Assembly (NCBI GenBank): GCA_035317965.1
Contig: DATHFT010000197.1
Span: 12,731-76,730, forward strand
Reading direction: 5' to 3'
Source of the DNA: Candidatus Saccharimonadales bacterium
GTDB taxonomy: Bacteria; Acidobacteriota; Terriglobia; Acidiferrales; UBA7541
DNA length: 64,000 nt
Part shown: positions 31,876 through 44,309 of the stretch, in pieces
Numbering within the stretch: position 1 is the stretch's first letter
How the letters are laid out: the number at the start of each line of letters is the position of its first letter
Notes under the pieces: generated by a model
The model's database searches: none
What the model was told of the DNA's origin: nothing
The model's input: only the letters and a program-made list of their open reading frames with translations
Translations under genes and position numbers: made by a program

Positions 31876-32721
31876 CTAGTCGATCTGAACCGTCGGTCCG
31901 CCTGAAGTCGGGCGAACCACATCAAGGCGCGCGGCAATGGCCCTAACGGCAGCGTAAATGCTTTTGGCAACAGGAGAATCTTCCCCGAGTGTAGCAACGG
32001 GTTTACCCGTATCACCGCCGATGCGGATGCGTGGATCGATTTCAATTTCGCCGAGTACAGGCACACCGTATTCCTGGGCGGTTTTCGTGCCTTCACCATG
32101 ACCGAAAATATCAATTGCCTCTTGGCAATGCGGACACTTGAAAGTGCTCATGTTTTCGACGACGCCGAGAACTTCCACGTTCACCTGTCGAAACATTTCA
32201 ATCGCCTTGCGCACGTCCGCCAGCGCAACAGTAGAAGGCGTAGTGACGATAACCGCTCCGGTAACGGCCACCGTTTGAATGAGCGTAAGTTGCACATCAC
32301 CGGTTCCCGGCGGCAAATCCAAAATTAAGTAATCGAGTTCGCCCCATTCGACATTGCGGAGAAATTGCGTGATGACGCTGTGCAGCATGGGACCCCGCCA
32401 AATCATCGGCTTGTCGGGCGGACTGAGCAGGCCCATCGAAATCATTTTCAGTCCTTGGACCTGAACCGGGATGATTTTCTTGTCCTGCGTGGCCTGCGGT
32501 TCGGCATTGGTACCAAGCATGATCGGAACGTTTGGGCCGTAGACGTCAGCGTCCAGCAAGCCGACCGTGTAGCCAAGTTTGGCAAGAGCGAGAGCCAGAT
32601 TGACCGCGATTGTGGTTTTCCCTACACCGCCTTTGCCGCTGGCGACGGCTACAAGATTTTTTACTCCGGGGATGGGGTGGCGTTCGGGTTGTTGTTGCTG
32701 GGGCGGGTGGCCTGGCGGCAT
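31876..32721 (-). CDS. Mrp/NBP35 family ATP-binding Fe-S cluster carrier
   Basis: Contains VASGKGGVGKTT and a CPHC motif. The ATG at 32721 is chosen because the track start at 32883 would overlap the 3' end of secA by 55 nt. Confidence 0.85.
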   Translation of the reverse strand: MPPGHPPQQQQPERHPIPGVKNLVAVASGKGGVGKTTIAVNLALALAKLGYTVGLLDADVYGPNVPIMLGTNAEPQATQDKKIIPVQVQGLKMISMGLLSPPDKPMIWRGPMLHSVITQFLRNVEWGELDYLILDLPPGTGDVQLTLIQTVAVTGAVIVTTPSTVALADVRKAIEMFRQVNVEVLGVVENMSTFKCPHCQEAIDIFGHGEGTKTAQEYGVPVLGEIEIDPRIRIGGDTGKPVATLGEDSPVAKSIYAAVRAIAARLDVVRPTSGGPTVQID

Positions 32722-32828
32722 TTTTCGTTTCCTTTTCGTTTGGCGAAAATCAAAATCTGAAAAACTTTTGTTGGTCGCCGAAATGAGGCGCAAATGTGGG
32801 GGCGTTCCCGGCCAAGGCCAGATCTCGT

Positions 32829-35807
<2,979 letters not shown>

Positions 35808-35989
35808 GAAGGTTTTCGCCGTTTCCTGACGTATTGTTCGAGCACCCGCATAGACCACCCCTCGCGGGCACAGCGCAACACCTTATTCTAACTGGTTGGA
35901 CGCGTCCGCGCCAATAAATGGCAGAAGGGTACCTTGTCCGGGGGGATTTGCGACGCTGTCTTGCGTGAGGGGCTGCCTCCCCGTTCGGG

Positions 35990-38791
35990 TTAGCGGGGGA
36001 CGGCAACGTCTACGGGCGCAGAACGTTCCGATTCGGAGTCAGAAACGGACGGGGCGGTCGCGAGGCTGTCGGCCAGCAGGCGCCGGTATTTGCTGCGCTC
36101 GTCCAGATTCATATCGACAATTTCAAAAGCAATGTCCTGGGCACGATAATCGCGCATCAGCGCGGTGACTTGCAGATTGCGCAAGCCCATTTGGAATTTC
36201 AGCTGGACAGACGTGCCGGGTGTCAGGTGCCGGCTGGAACTGGCAATGCCGCCGGCCAGACTGGCGGTTCTAATTTCAAGATGGCAGGCATCTTTAAGAT
36301 TGGTGCTGATGGCCCGTACCGGCCTTTGCAGACGCACGCGGGTGTGGCGCCGCTGCCGGACAAATTTCGAATTGGTTGGAATCTGCAGCGGGGCCAGGGT
36401 TAGATCTTCGCGCTCGATTCCGCTCCGCGGCAAGAATTCACGGGTCCATTCCAAGTCGAGCTTTTCAAGCGCCTGGAAGGCGGCAATGCGCATTTCCTGC
36501 TGCTGAACCCAGCCAAATACCCTACGAGATTCCACGATGCGTTTGAGCGTTGAAATGGACTCGGGAGCGTTGATGCGCCCGAGGGCTTCAACGCACTTCA
36601 CTTGCAGAAACGGGCCGCCGCCGGCGGGCAGATCACCATCGACAATGGTGAGCAGGCGGCCGAGCGCAATGCGATCACCGGCGACGCCGACTTCGTCAAT
36701 CACCAGGGGCATGATGAGCGGATCGACACGGTCCAGGAGTTCGAGAAGAATGCTGGAGCGTCCCACTGCGCCGCTTGCGGAAATCTGCCGCACAATGCGG
36801 TCCTGCGAAGTGCGCGGAAAATCCTTCATGCGGCCAGGAAGAAAAACGGCGACGGCGCGTGGATCGAGTTTGCTCAGAAGTCCCGCGATATCGACCGCTT
36901 CAGCCACGGGGCCGGCGCGCAATGCGCCCCGGAGATATTGCAAGCCTTCTTCACCAAGGTCGTGCGCAAGATTAGCCACATGTTCTGCATCATCGCGCAG
37001 CGTGCAGCGATTGAAACGCGCTGCCAGCTGTTCCATCGCGGTTTGCGGCATGAGCTTGAGAACGCTGGTAAGTCCGACCGCAACTTGCCGCGCGCGCAGC
37101 GCTTCTTCGACAAATTCCGGGACCCGCTCTTCGATCCCCATTTTTCCGCGTAAAGCCCGCGAGATGCCGGGTCTCTGGGTTTCGACTCCGGAGATCAGCT
37201 CCAGCGCTTGTTCCATGGCCGAGTAGGAACGCGTGCTCGCGGCTTGCTGGCTGAGGCGCACAAAAGCAGCGCTGACGAGCGATTGCAAATCCTTGTCCTG
37301 CTCAACACTCAGGCGAAGCCCCAGATGGCGGAGGGCGTCGCTTAAGAGTTTGGGATCCGCTTTGGCGTAAAGCTCAGCCAGTTCGGAAAGACCGACAGCC
37401 GTCTTCTTGCGCGCATCGAGGTCTTCATTGTCGGCGCACGAAGCATAATTTTGCAGAATGCTGATGGCTTGCGCGACGTCGCCTTTGTCGATCAGCTCGG
37501 CGACATAGGATTGGACATTCTTCGGCGGGATGCACCAGGCTTCATCGGAAAGCAGTACCGCTTGTTTTCCGCTTTCCGGAACGCCAGCCCAAAATTGACG
37601 ATCGAGAATTTCGCGATGCGTTTCGGCCAGCACGCCAGCCTCGGCCATCTTGTCTTCATGTGAACCAAGGATCTTGCGGAGACCTTCAATTTCCTGGTTC
37701 ATGCGGTCGAGCATCTGGCGAACCGCATTGACTTTCACTTCGCCCTTTTCAAAGCGTTCAATGGCAAACTTGATCGCCAGGTGTTCGGCAAGTTGCACGA
37801 GCACGGCTTCGTCCGGCTTGCCTGCCGGAGCTTGCGCGGCGAGACCGGCAATCGCCTGCTTCAGAGTGTCCTGCGCGTGGCCCGGAAGTTCGGCGAGCTG
37901 CTGTTGAAATGCAAATCCACCGGCTACCGCTCCTTGCCCCGCGGTGGTGTGTCCGAGGCTGGTTAGCGCGCTGAGAATGCCAAAAATCTCCTCTTCGCTG
38001 GGTTCGCCACCGGCGGCTTTTCCTTGTCCGAGCGCGGTAACGACTCCGGAAGCTTCCAAAGGACTGCCCGAGAAGCCTCCCGCAGCGCCTGTCCCGGCCT
38101 TTTCGCCCGTGCCGGGGCCCGGAGAGCCTCCCGCACCGTCAGGCGCGCCATCATCGCGCGCGTAGAAGCCACCGGAGGCCCGCCCGTTGCCGGTGCCGGT
38201 GCCGGAACCCGTGCCTTGCGAGCCTTGAGCAGCCGCAATCAATTCCAGGAGTTTTTGTGGATCGTTCAACCACCGCTTGAATTGGTCCTGGTCGTTGCCA
38301 AAAGAGGCCGCTGCCAACTGGGCAGCCATGCTGACGTCTTTCAAACGCGAATCGGTAGCCACAAAACAGATTTCGTTCAAACGGATCCCGTGGGCGTCGG
38401 CAAGAGCGGCTTTGAGTTGCAAGGCGAGTTCTGCAGGTTTGGCTTTTCCTGTGGGAAACGCGTGCGCGAACCGGATGAGCTCCGCCCGCGTCACCGACGG
38501 AAAAAATTGAATGCTGGCAAGCCCGGCCGCTGAGAGCAGCAGAGCGAATTGCCTTTCGGCAGGAGAGCCTTCTAGTGGTACGCCGTCCAGGATAAGTTGA
38601 TTCCCTGTGGCTCCGAGAAGCAGATTGGTGTCCGTGCCCGGAGGTATAGCGACTGCCAGCTCGCCAAACGCGGTATCCACCTGCTCTATTGTCCGCGCAT
38701 GGTCATGGCCGTACAGCCGCGCAAACTTCAGAAGGATGTTGAGGCTGCGTACAAAGGCCCGCGCCGAAGTCGTTTTGGTATCTGTTCTCAT
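35990..38791 (-). CDS. Large PilZ-domain protein, paralog A (unknown N-domain, Gly-rich linker, helical/HEAT-like region, C-terminal PilZ)
   Basis: 933-aa ORF. The C-terminus has RRHTR (RxxxR), then TASLAG about 24 residues later. HEAT-like segments such as VEALGRINAPESISTLKRIV are present. About half the residues I compared by eye are identical to the upstream neighbour. Confidence 0.75.
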   Translation of the reverse strand: MRTDTKTTSARAFVRSLNILLKFARLYGHDHARTIEQVDTAFGELAVAIPPGTDTNLLLGATGNQLILDGVPLEGSPAERQFALLLSAAGLASIQFFPSVTRAELIRFAHAFPTGKAKPAELALQLKAALADAHGIRLNEICFVATDSRLKDVSMAAQLAAASFGNDQDQFKRWLNDPQKLLELIAAAQGSQGTGSGTGTGNGRASGGFYARDDGAPDGAGGSPGPGTGEKAGTGAAGGFSGSPLEASGVVTALGQGKAAGGEPSEEEIFGILSALTSLGHTTAGQGAVAGGFAFQQQLAELPGHAQDTLKQAIAGLAAQAPAGKPDEAVLVQLAEHLAIKFAIERFEKGEVKVNAVRQMLDRMNQEIEGLRKILGSHEDKMAEAGVLAETHREILDRQFWAGVPESGKQAVLLSDEAWCIPPKNVQSYVAELIDKGDVAQAISILQNYASCADNEDLDARKKTAVGLSELAELYAKADPKLLSDALRHLGLRLSVEQDKDLQSLVSAAFVRLSQQAASTRSYSAMEQALELISGVETQRPGISRALRGKMGIEERVPEFVEEALRARQVAVGLTSVLKLMPQTAMEQLAARFNRCTLRDDAEHVANLAHDLGEEGLQYLRGALRAGPVAEAVDIAGLLSKLDPRAVAVFLPGRMKDFPRTSQDRIVRQISASGAVGRSSILLELLDRVDPLIMPLVIDEVGVAGDRIALGRLLTIVDGDLPAGGGPFLQVKCVEALGRINAPESISTLKRIVESRRVFGWVQQQEMRIAAFQALEKLDLEWTREFLPRSGIEREDLTLAPLQIPTNSKFVRQRRHTRVRLQRPVRAISTNLKDACHLEIRTASLAGGIASSSRHLTPGTSVQLKFQMGLRNLQVTALMRDYRAQDIAFEIVDMNLDERSKYRRLLADSLATAPSVSDSESERSAPVDVAVPR
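38057..38224 (-). repeat. Gly/Ser/Thr-rich low-complexity linker of paralog A
   Basis: Encodes GSQGTGSGTGTGNGRASGG...GGSPGPGTGEKAGTGAAGGFSGS, about 55 aa. Confidence 0.8.
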
Positions 38792-38988
38792 TCTCAGTCA
38801 GTAAGCCTGCAATAGAACTTTCCCACTAGTACCGTAAGGTCAGGACAGGTGCGCTGCAATGGTACAGAGGTCCCATGTGTCCGACAGGCCACGCGCCCAT
38901 TGGGGCAAACGCCAGACCTGAACTCTGGTACGGGTTTCAAAAAAGGAAGGACAGGCGGGAGATTCACGGCCCGCGGCTGGCGTGATAA

Positions 38989-41900
38989 CTAGTTCTTGTT
39001 CATCAAGGCAACGCGACCACGCCGGCGCGTCCGGTTCGTGACCGCCGCGGGCATCGGCAGACCGCCCATTTCGAGCAACAATTTTCGCAACCGCCCGCGC
39101 TCCTCCAAATCCATTTCCACAAATTCAAAGGCCATGGCCTGCGGCCGCGCGCCGCGAACGATAGCTTGCGCCTTGATGTGGCGAACACCGTGTGTGAACT
39201 TTAAGGTCAGAAGTGAGCCGGGAGCCAGATGGCGTTCTCCTGCTCCAATTCCGCCCCCTAGATTCAGTTCAGGAATGGACAATTTGAAATTCTCACGGAG
39301 ATTGGTGGAAATGGCGATGACATTCCGCGACAATTTCAAGCGGCCATAACGGCGCTGACGAATAACGGATGCATTGGGTTCGGGGTCGGAAGGTTCCAGC
39401 GCAAGATCTCTTCTGTCTATACCGCTGGCCGCGATCTTTTCTATGGCCATGGAAGGGTCGATGTGGGTAAGGGCTTGCGCTGCGGCGATGCGCAGTTCGG
39501 CAGGATAAACCCAGCGCCAGACCTGACGAGCCTCGAGGATCCGTTGCAGGATCGTGGTGCCCGCCGAAGCGCGGAGACGTCCCAGGCCTTCAACCGCCTT
39601 GAGACGCAGGTAGCCCGGAGTGTCGTCATCGGTGGCCAGAGTTTCCAGAAGCGGAATACACAGGCTTTCGCCGCTCATGCCCATCTCGTCAACGGCCAAC
39701 GGGCGAATGAGCACGTCCAGGGAGTCGAACAGGGTGGTCAGCAGACGTGCGCGGTTTTCCGAAGGCGCTGAAGAAAGCTGGCGCACAACGCGGTCATGTG
39801 CGGGGCGCGGCCATTGGGCCAGGCGCAGTGGCAAAATCTTTTCAACCGACTCGGGGGCCAGCTGCGTGAGCAAACCCACCACTTCGGCAGCCTCATTGGC
39901 AGGAGCAGTTTGCAGTGTTTCCTGCAAGCGTAAAACAGCTTCCTCACCAAGACCGCGCGCAATGTCACCGAGCAATTCGCAGTCTTCGCGGAAACCGCAA
40001 TGGCCGAAACGATTCGTGACGTAGTGAATCGTGGCCTTGGGCATCAGGTTCAGAATTTCGGACATGCCGTCGGCGATGTGCCCAACTTTCAAGGCTTCTT
40101 CGATAAATTCCGGCAGGCGTTCTTCCGCTCCGATGCGTGGGCGTAAGCTCTGCGTTGAGCCGGGGCGCTGCGCTTCCACACTGTCGAGCGACGCCAGGGC
40201 TTGCTGCATGGCTGGATAGCAGCGCTTGGACGCCGCTTCCTGGCTCATGCGGACGAATGCGGCGCTGATTAAGGTTTGCAGTTCCGGTTCCCGTTCGATC
40301 GCCAACTGATTGCCCAGCCGCCGGATCGCTTCCATGAGCGCGCTGCCATCACCGCTTCCGTACATTTCCGCAAGATCAGAAAGCCCAATGGCGGTGGTGC
40401 GTCGCGCTTCCGGAGCTTCAAGACTAATGCAAGCTGCGTATTTCAGCAGGACTTCGTTGACCGTCTTCAGCTCGCCGCGCCGCAACATATCTTCCATAAA
40501 GGCTCGTACGTTGCGCGGTGGTACGCACCAGGCTTCCTCAGATGTAAGAACTTCCTTTTTGTTCTCTTCCGGAACCTGCTCCCAGAATTCCTGGTCGAGG
40601 AGTTCGGTGAAGGACTGAACCTGGATGCCCGCGTTGGTCATCATCTGCTCTTGCGAGCCAAGTATTTTGCGCAACGCTTCAATTTCCGAATTCATGCGAT
40701 CAAGAAGCTGTTTGACCGCGTTCACCCGAAGTTCCCCGCGTTCATAGCTGTCGAGAGCAAAACGTATGGCCACGTGCTCGGCAAGCTTTAGAAGCATGGG
40801 CTTGTCCGGGGCCTCTGTAGGAGCTTGCGCGGCCAGTCCAGCAAGCGCCTGCTGCAGCGTGTACTGGGCGCGGACCGGCATGGCGCTTAAGCGCGATTGG
40901 AATGTTGGAACATCCAGCCGGGTGTCGCCTTCTTTGCGGGATTTTCCGAGCTGCGCGAAGAGCCCAAGCATGGAGCGAACATCTTCTTCAGCCACCATGT
41001 ACCCGCCCGCCGGCCCGCCGTGAACGTTAATGCCGCCCACAGTTCCCGCGGGGCTCGCGCCTCCAGCGCTCCGCAGCAAAGCAGAGGCTGTCACCCATTT
41101 TCCTGGAGGTTCAGTGCTCCCGGCACCGCTGCCCCCTCCTGTGCCGCTGCCAGCACCACCACCCACTCCCCCTCCACCGCCAGAGCCTGAACCGGAGCCT
41201 GTACCACCGCCAGTGCCAGTGCCGCCGCCAGTGCCCGTACCAAAGCCCGTGCCAGAACCTCCCCCAACCCCTGGGCCGCCGCCATTGCCCGGGCCGGATC
41301 CGCCGGTGACGCCTCCGGTTTCCCAGAGGCTTCCAGCGCCTCCCGGCGCACCCGTCGTTCCACCTCCGGGCACACCGCCTCCGCCTCCGAATCCTGGTCC
41401 GCTACCGCCGCTGCCGCCGGCTCCGCCGCGTGAACTTTCCGCGGCTAGAATCATCTGCAGAAGTTTGTTGGGATCGTCGAAGAAATCCTTGAATTTGTCG
41501 CTGCCTGCCCCGAGCACTTTGGCGGTTAGCTGGGCAGCAACTTTTATGCCGGCAACCGAAGCGTCTTCGGCTACATACCGAATTTCGTTGATTTTGATGC
41601 TGGTGTCTCCGGCAAGAGCGGATTTGAGTTGCTCTGCAAGAGAAGCAGGTTTGGCATTGCCGCTCGGAAAAGCCCGTACGAAGCGGGCAAATTGCGGTTG
41701 CGTGACGGCCGGTGAAAAGTGGATGCTGGCAATCCCGGAAGTGATCAGCATCTGGGCAAAGCTGCGTTCGCCTGCCGCCGTGCCGAGCGGCACTCCGTCT
41801 AGAAGAATTTGCGTTCCCGAAGCGCCCAGCAGAAGTCCGCTTCCTGAACTGTCGTCAAGAGCGTTGCGGAGTTCTTTCCAGGTAGTCTCAAATTGCGCAG

Positions 41901-42003
41901 CGGTGCGCACGTGTCCGAACTCATACAGACGCGCAAATTTTAGTAAGATGTTGAGGCTGCGGACGAAAGCCCGCGCGCCTCCTCCACGTGTATCAACGCT
42001 CAT
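38989..42003 (-). CDS. Large PilZ-domain protein, paralog B
   Basis: 1004-aa ORF with the same architecture as 35990-38791. Shares the N-terminus ARAFVRSLNILLKFARLY. The C-terminus has RRYGR (RxxxR) but a divergent second PilZ motif (ELNLGG). Confidence 0.75.
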   Translation of the reverse strand: MSVDTRGGGARAFVRSLNILLKFARLYEFGHVRTAAQFETTWKELRNALDDSSGSGLLLGASGTQILLDGVPLGTAAGERSFAQMLITSGIASIHFSPAVTQPQFARFVRAFPSGNAKPASLAEQLKSALAGDTSIKINEIRYVAEDASVAGIKVAAQLTAKVLGAGSDKFKDFFDDPNKLLQMILAAESSRGGAGGSGGSGPGFGGGGGVPGGGTTGAPGGAGSLWETGGVTGGSGPGNGGGPGVGGGSGTGFGTGTGGGTGTGGGTGSGSGSGGGGGVGGGAGSGTGGGSGAGSTEPPGKWVTASALLRSAGGASPAGTVGGINVHGGPAGGYMVAEEDVRSMLGLFAQLGKSRKEGDTRLDVPTFQSRLSAMPVRAQYTLQQALAGLAAQAPTEAPDKPMLLKLAEHVAIRFALDSYERGELRVNAVKQLLDRMNSEIEALRKILGSQEQMMTNAGIQVQSFTELLDQEFWEQVPEENKKEVLTSEEAWCVPPRNVRAFMEDMLRRGELKTVNEVLLKYAACISLEAPEARRTTAIGLSDLAEMYGSGDGSALMEAIRRLGNQLAIEREPELQTLISAAFVRMSQEAASKRCYPAMQQALASLDSVEAQRPGSTQSLRPRIGAEERLPEFIEEALKVGHIADGMSEILNLMPKATIHYVTNRFGHCGFREDCELLGDIARGLGEEAVLRLQETLQTAPANEAAEVVGLLTQLAPESVEKILPLRLAQWPRPAHDRVVRQLSSAPSENRARLLTTLFDSLDVLIRPLAVDEMGMSGESLCIPLLETLATDDDTPGYLRLKAVEGLGRLRASAGTTILQRILEARQVWRWVYPAELRIAAAQALTHIDPSMAIEKIAASGIDRRDLALEPSDPEPNASVIRQRRYGRLKLSRNVIAISTNLRENFKLSIPELNLGGGIGAGERHLAPGSLLTLKFTHGVRHIKAQAIVRGARPQAMAFEFVEMDLEERGRLRKLLLEMGGLPMPAAVTNRTRRRGRVALMNKN
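41116..41427 (-). repeat. Expanded Gly-rich low-complexity linker of paralog B
   Basis: About 104 aa of GGAGGSGGSGPGFGGGGG...GTGTGGGTGTGGGTGSGSGSGGGGG. The DNA is an imperfect GGN/GSN triplet repeat. The opposite strand gives the spurious Pro-rich ORF at 41030-42130. Confidence 0.85.
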
Positions 42004-42298
42004 AGATGTCTATGAGGAAACACTGCTTCCTCTGGTTCCCTCTACCTTAATTTCTCAGGCCCCTGGAAACAAGCATTGCAAAGGACATTGTACCCATCTG
42101 AGTACCATTGTGGAGACGGAAATCAGGTAAGGCCAGCGGAACGAGGGCCAGAACGCGCAAATGGCAATGACTGGTTCGACACGGTTGCTGTGCCAAATGA
42201 TCGGACATAGACTAGAGTTGAGTTGGCTATCGAGTCCTTCACCGCCCGTGGGCGGAAACGAATTTGAAAACAAGATTGTGAGCGCATAAGCGAGAAAA

Positions 42299-42991
42299 AT
42301 GCCCGAATCGCCGTCACCAGAACGTTTCAAAGCTGAAATGCCGGAAATACCCGGTGTTTCCTCGCAGCTTCCGCGCAAGAGTCCCGGCAGCCACCCCGCT
42401 ATTCGTTTGATTATCGGCCTGCTGGCTGTCCTGTTAGTCCTGTTTATCGCCATCCGCTGGGTGGTGCGGCCGAAGAATGTAGACCCGCCCGCACCCGAAG
42501 CTACCCCGCAAATTGAGGTTCCCGCTCCGGCTCCGGATCCAAGCGCCTCGCTTCCGCGGGCAACGGAAGCCGAGCCTGGAATTGCCGTCGTCAGCGAGCT
42601 CGGCAAACCGTGGACCAGTAAGGAATTTTTCTTTCGTAACCGGCTAACCGGGGAAAATATTCCAGCGCTGCTAGTCCGCCTGCCCGGAGGTTCCGGCTCG
42701 CAGGCCTCCGGATATTGGGCATTTGCCCTGAAGGCTCCCTACGGCAACTGCCAGATGGAATATGTTGAAGATATGGCGAAGCTCAAGGAAGTCTACGGGT
42801 TTGCGGGTGCTAAACATCCCATGGTGGGAAATCCCTGCAACCATACTCTTTTCGATCCCACTCGTATGGCCAGCCTTCCGGGAAACATCTTGGTCCGCGG
42901 AGCGATCGCCCAGGGCTCAGACTTGCGCCCGCCCTTGGGAATTGAAATCACCGTCAAAGGGAAGAATATCCTCGCACAGCGCATGGAATAG
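42299..42991 (+). CDS. Hypothetical single-pass membrane protein
   Basis: One hydrophobic helix (AIRLIIGLLAVLLVLFIAI), a Pro-rich spacer, then a roughly 130-aa globular part with 2 Cys. No family recognised. Confidence 0.55.
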   Translation: MPESPSPERFKAEMPEIPGVSSQLPRKSPGSHPAIRLIIGLLAVLLVLFIAIRWVVRPKNVDPPAPEATPQIEVPAPAPDPSASLPRATEAEPGIAVVSELGKPWTSKEFFFRNRLTGENIPALLVRLPGGSGSQASGYWAFALKAPYGNCQMEYVEDMAKLKEVYGFAGAKHPMVGNPCNHTLFDPTRMASLPGNILVRGAIAQGSDLRPPLGIEITVKGKNILAQRME

Positions 42992-43160
42992 CCGTTTCCG
43001 GGCGCGACATTGCATTCCACAATTGAAACAAGCAAACTTTTGCTAGAGGCAGGCCGCAACAACCTTCGTTTCGCGGGCAGACCCAGCGAAGGCTGCTTGC
43101 AGGTTTTACATTTGGGATTCCCGGTCCCCTGAACTTTTCTCCTGCCGAAGCGGAGGAATA

Positions 43161-44237
43161 ATGCGTAAATATAAACTCATAACCATGGCTCTAGCGGCAG
43201 CTCTCGTTTTGGGAGTTTCCTGCTCACACAGCGGGAAAAAAGCGGATGATGCGATCGTTACGGGCATCAAAGCCAAGATGTTTTCTGAGCCTGCTTTGAA
43301 TGCAGCAAATGTGGAGGTGGCCAGTCAGAGTGGAGTCGTTACCCTGGCCGGGCAGGTCCCTGACGAAGCGGCTCATCTAGCCGCTTACAAGATCGCTACG
43401 CAGACTGCTGGCGTATCGAAAGTAAACGATCAATTGAGCGTTGGAAATCCGCAACAGGCCATGGCGTCAGCTCCTTCACCTTCTGAACAACCCGCTGCAG
43501 CGCCTCCCCCCAGTAAAGTGAAAGCGAAGCCGTTATCGAAGTCCGCACAGCAGATTGAGAATTCAGAATCAAGTGCACCGCCGGATGCGGATACGCCTGT
43601 GCCTGCTCCCAGCCCGGAAGTTGCCGCTCCTCCGTCGCCCGCTCCTGCGCCGCAGCCAGTCAAGGTGACCATCCCGGCAAACACCATTGTTAGTGTGCGA
43701 ACCATCGACGGCGTGGACTCCTCCAAAGACCGGACAGGAGAAGTATTCAAGGCATCGGTCGACGCCCCGATCGTCGTCGATGAAAGGGCAATTATTCCCG
43801 TCGGGGCAACTGCCTACCTAAAACTCGTCAATGCCAGCTCTGCAGGACGCATGACCGGACGCAGCGAGTTGACTCTGGCCCTCATCAATGTTGTGTTCCA
43901 GGGAAAAACGTACAATGTTACCAGCAGCGACGTGAAGCAATCCGGCGCATCGCGCGGCAAGCGTACGGCGGCCACCGTCGGCGGCGGCGCAGCACTGGGA
44001 GCTCTGATTGGGGCGATTGCCGGCGGTGGCAAAGGCGCCGCTATTGGGGCCGGAGTTGGAGCAGGCGCGGGAACCGGCGTGCAAGTCTTCACCAAAGGTC
44101 AACAAGTGAAAATCCCATCGGAAACTCGTTTGGATTTCACCCTGCAATCACCCTTCGAGGTTACCTACATTTCAGGAAAACGATCGAAGCGGACCGCAGC
44201 CAGCGAAGAAGCGGCGGCCGAACAAGAACAGCAATAG
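43161..44237 (+). CDS. BON-domain lipoprotein with Pro-rich linker and C-terminal glycine-zipper
   Basis: GGAGGA RBS and lipobox LGVSC. BON-like segment VEVASQSGVVTLAGQVPDEAAHLAAYKIATQTAGVSKVNDQL. C-terminal GALIGAIAGGGKGAAIGAGVGAGAG. Confidence 0.75.
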   Translation: MRKYKLITMALAAALVLGVSCSHSGKKADDAIVTGIKAKMFSEPALNAANVEVASQSGVVTLAGQVPDEAAHLAAYKIATQTAGVSKVNDQLSVGNPQQAMASAPSPSEQPAAAPPPSKVKAKPLSKSAQQIENSESSAPPDADTPVPAPSPEVAAPPSPAPAPQPVKVTIPANTIVSVRTIDGVDSSKDRTGEVFKASVDAPIVVDERAIIPVGATAYLKLVNASSAGRMTGRSELTLALINVVFQGKTYNVTSSDVKQSGASRGKRTAATVGGGAALGALIGAIAGGGKGAAIGAGVGAGAGTGVQVFTKGQQVKIPSETRLDFTLQSPFEVTYISGKRSKRTAASEEAAAEQEQQ

Positions 44238-44309
44238 CACCCTGGTCTGATCCGCTCAGTGGGTAAAACTTGACAAGCCGGTTCCCTGCCAGCTAAATCT
44301 CTACCCGTC

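Noticed and set aside
41030-42130. A 366-aa Pro-rich ORF.
   Set aside because: It is the reverse-complement reading of the Gly-rich triplet repeat of PilZ paralog B. The paralog frame is supported by homology to its neighbour.
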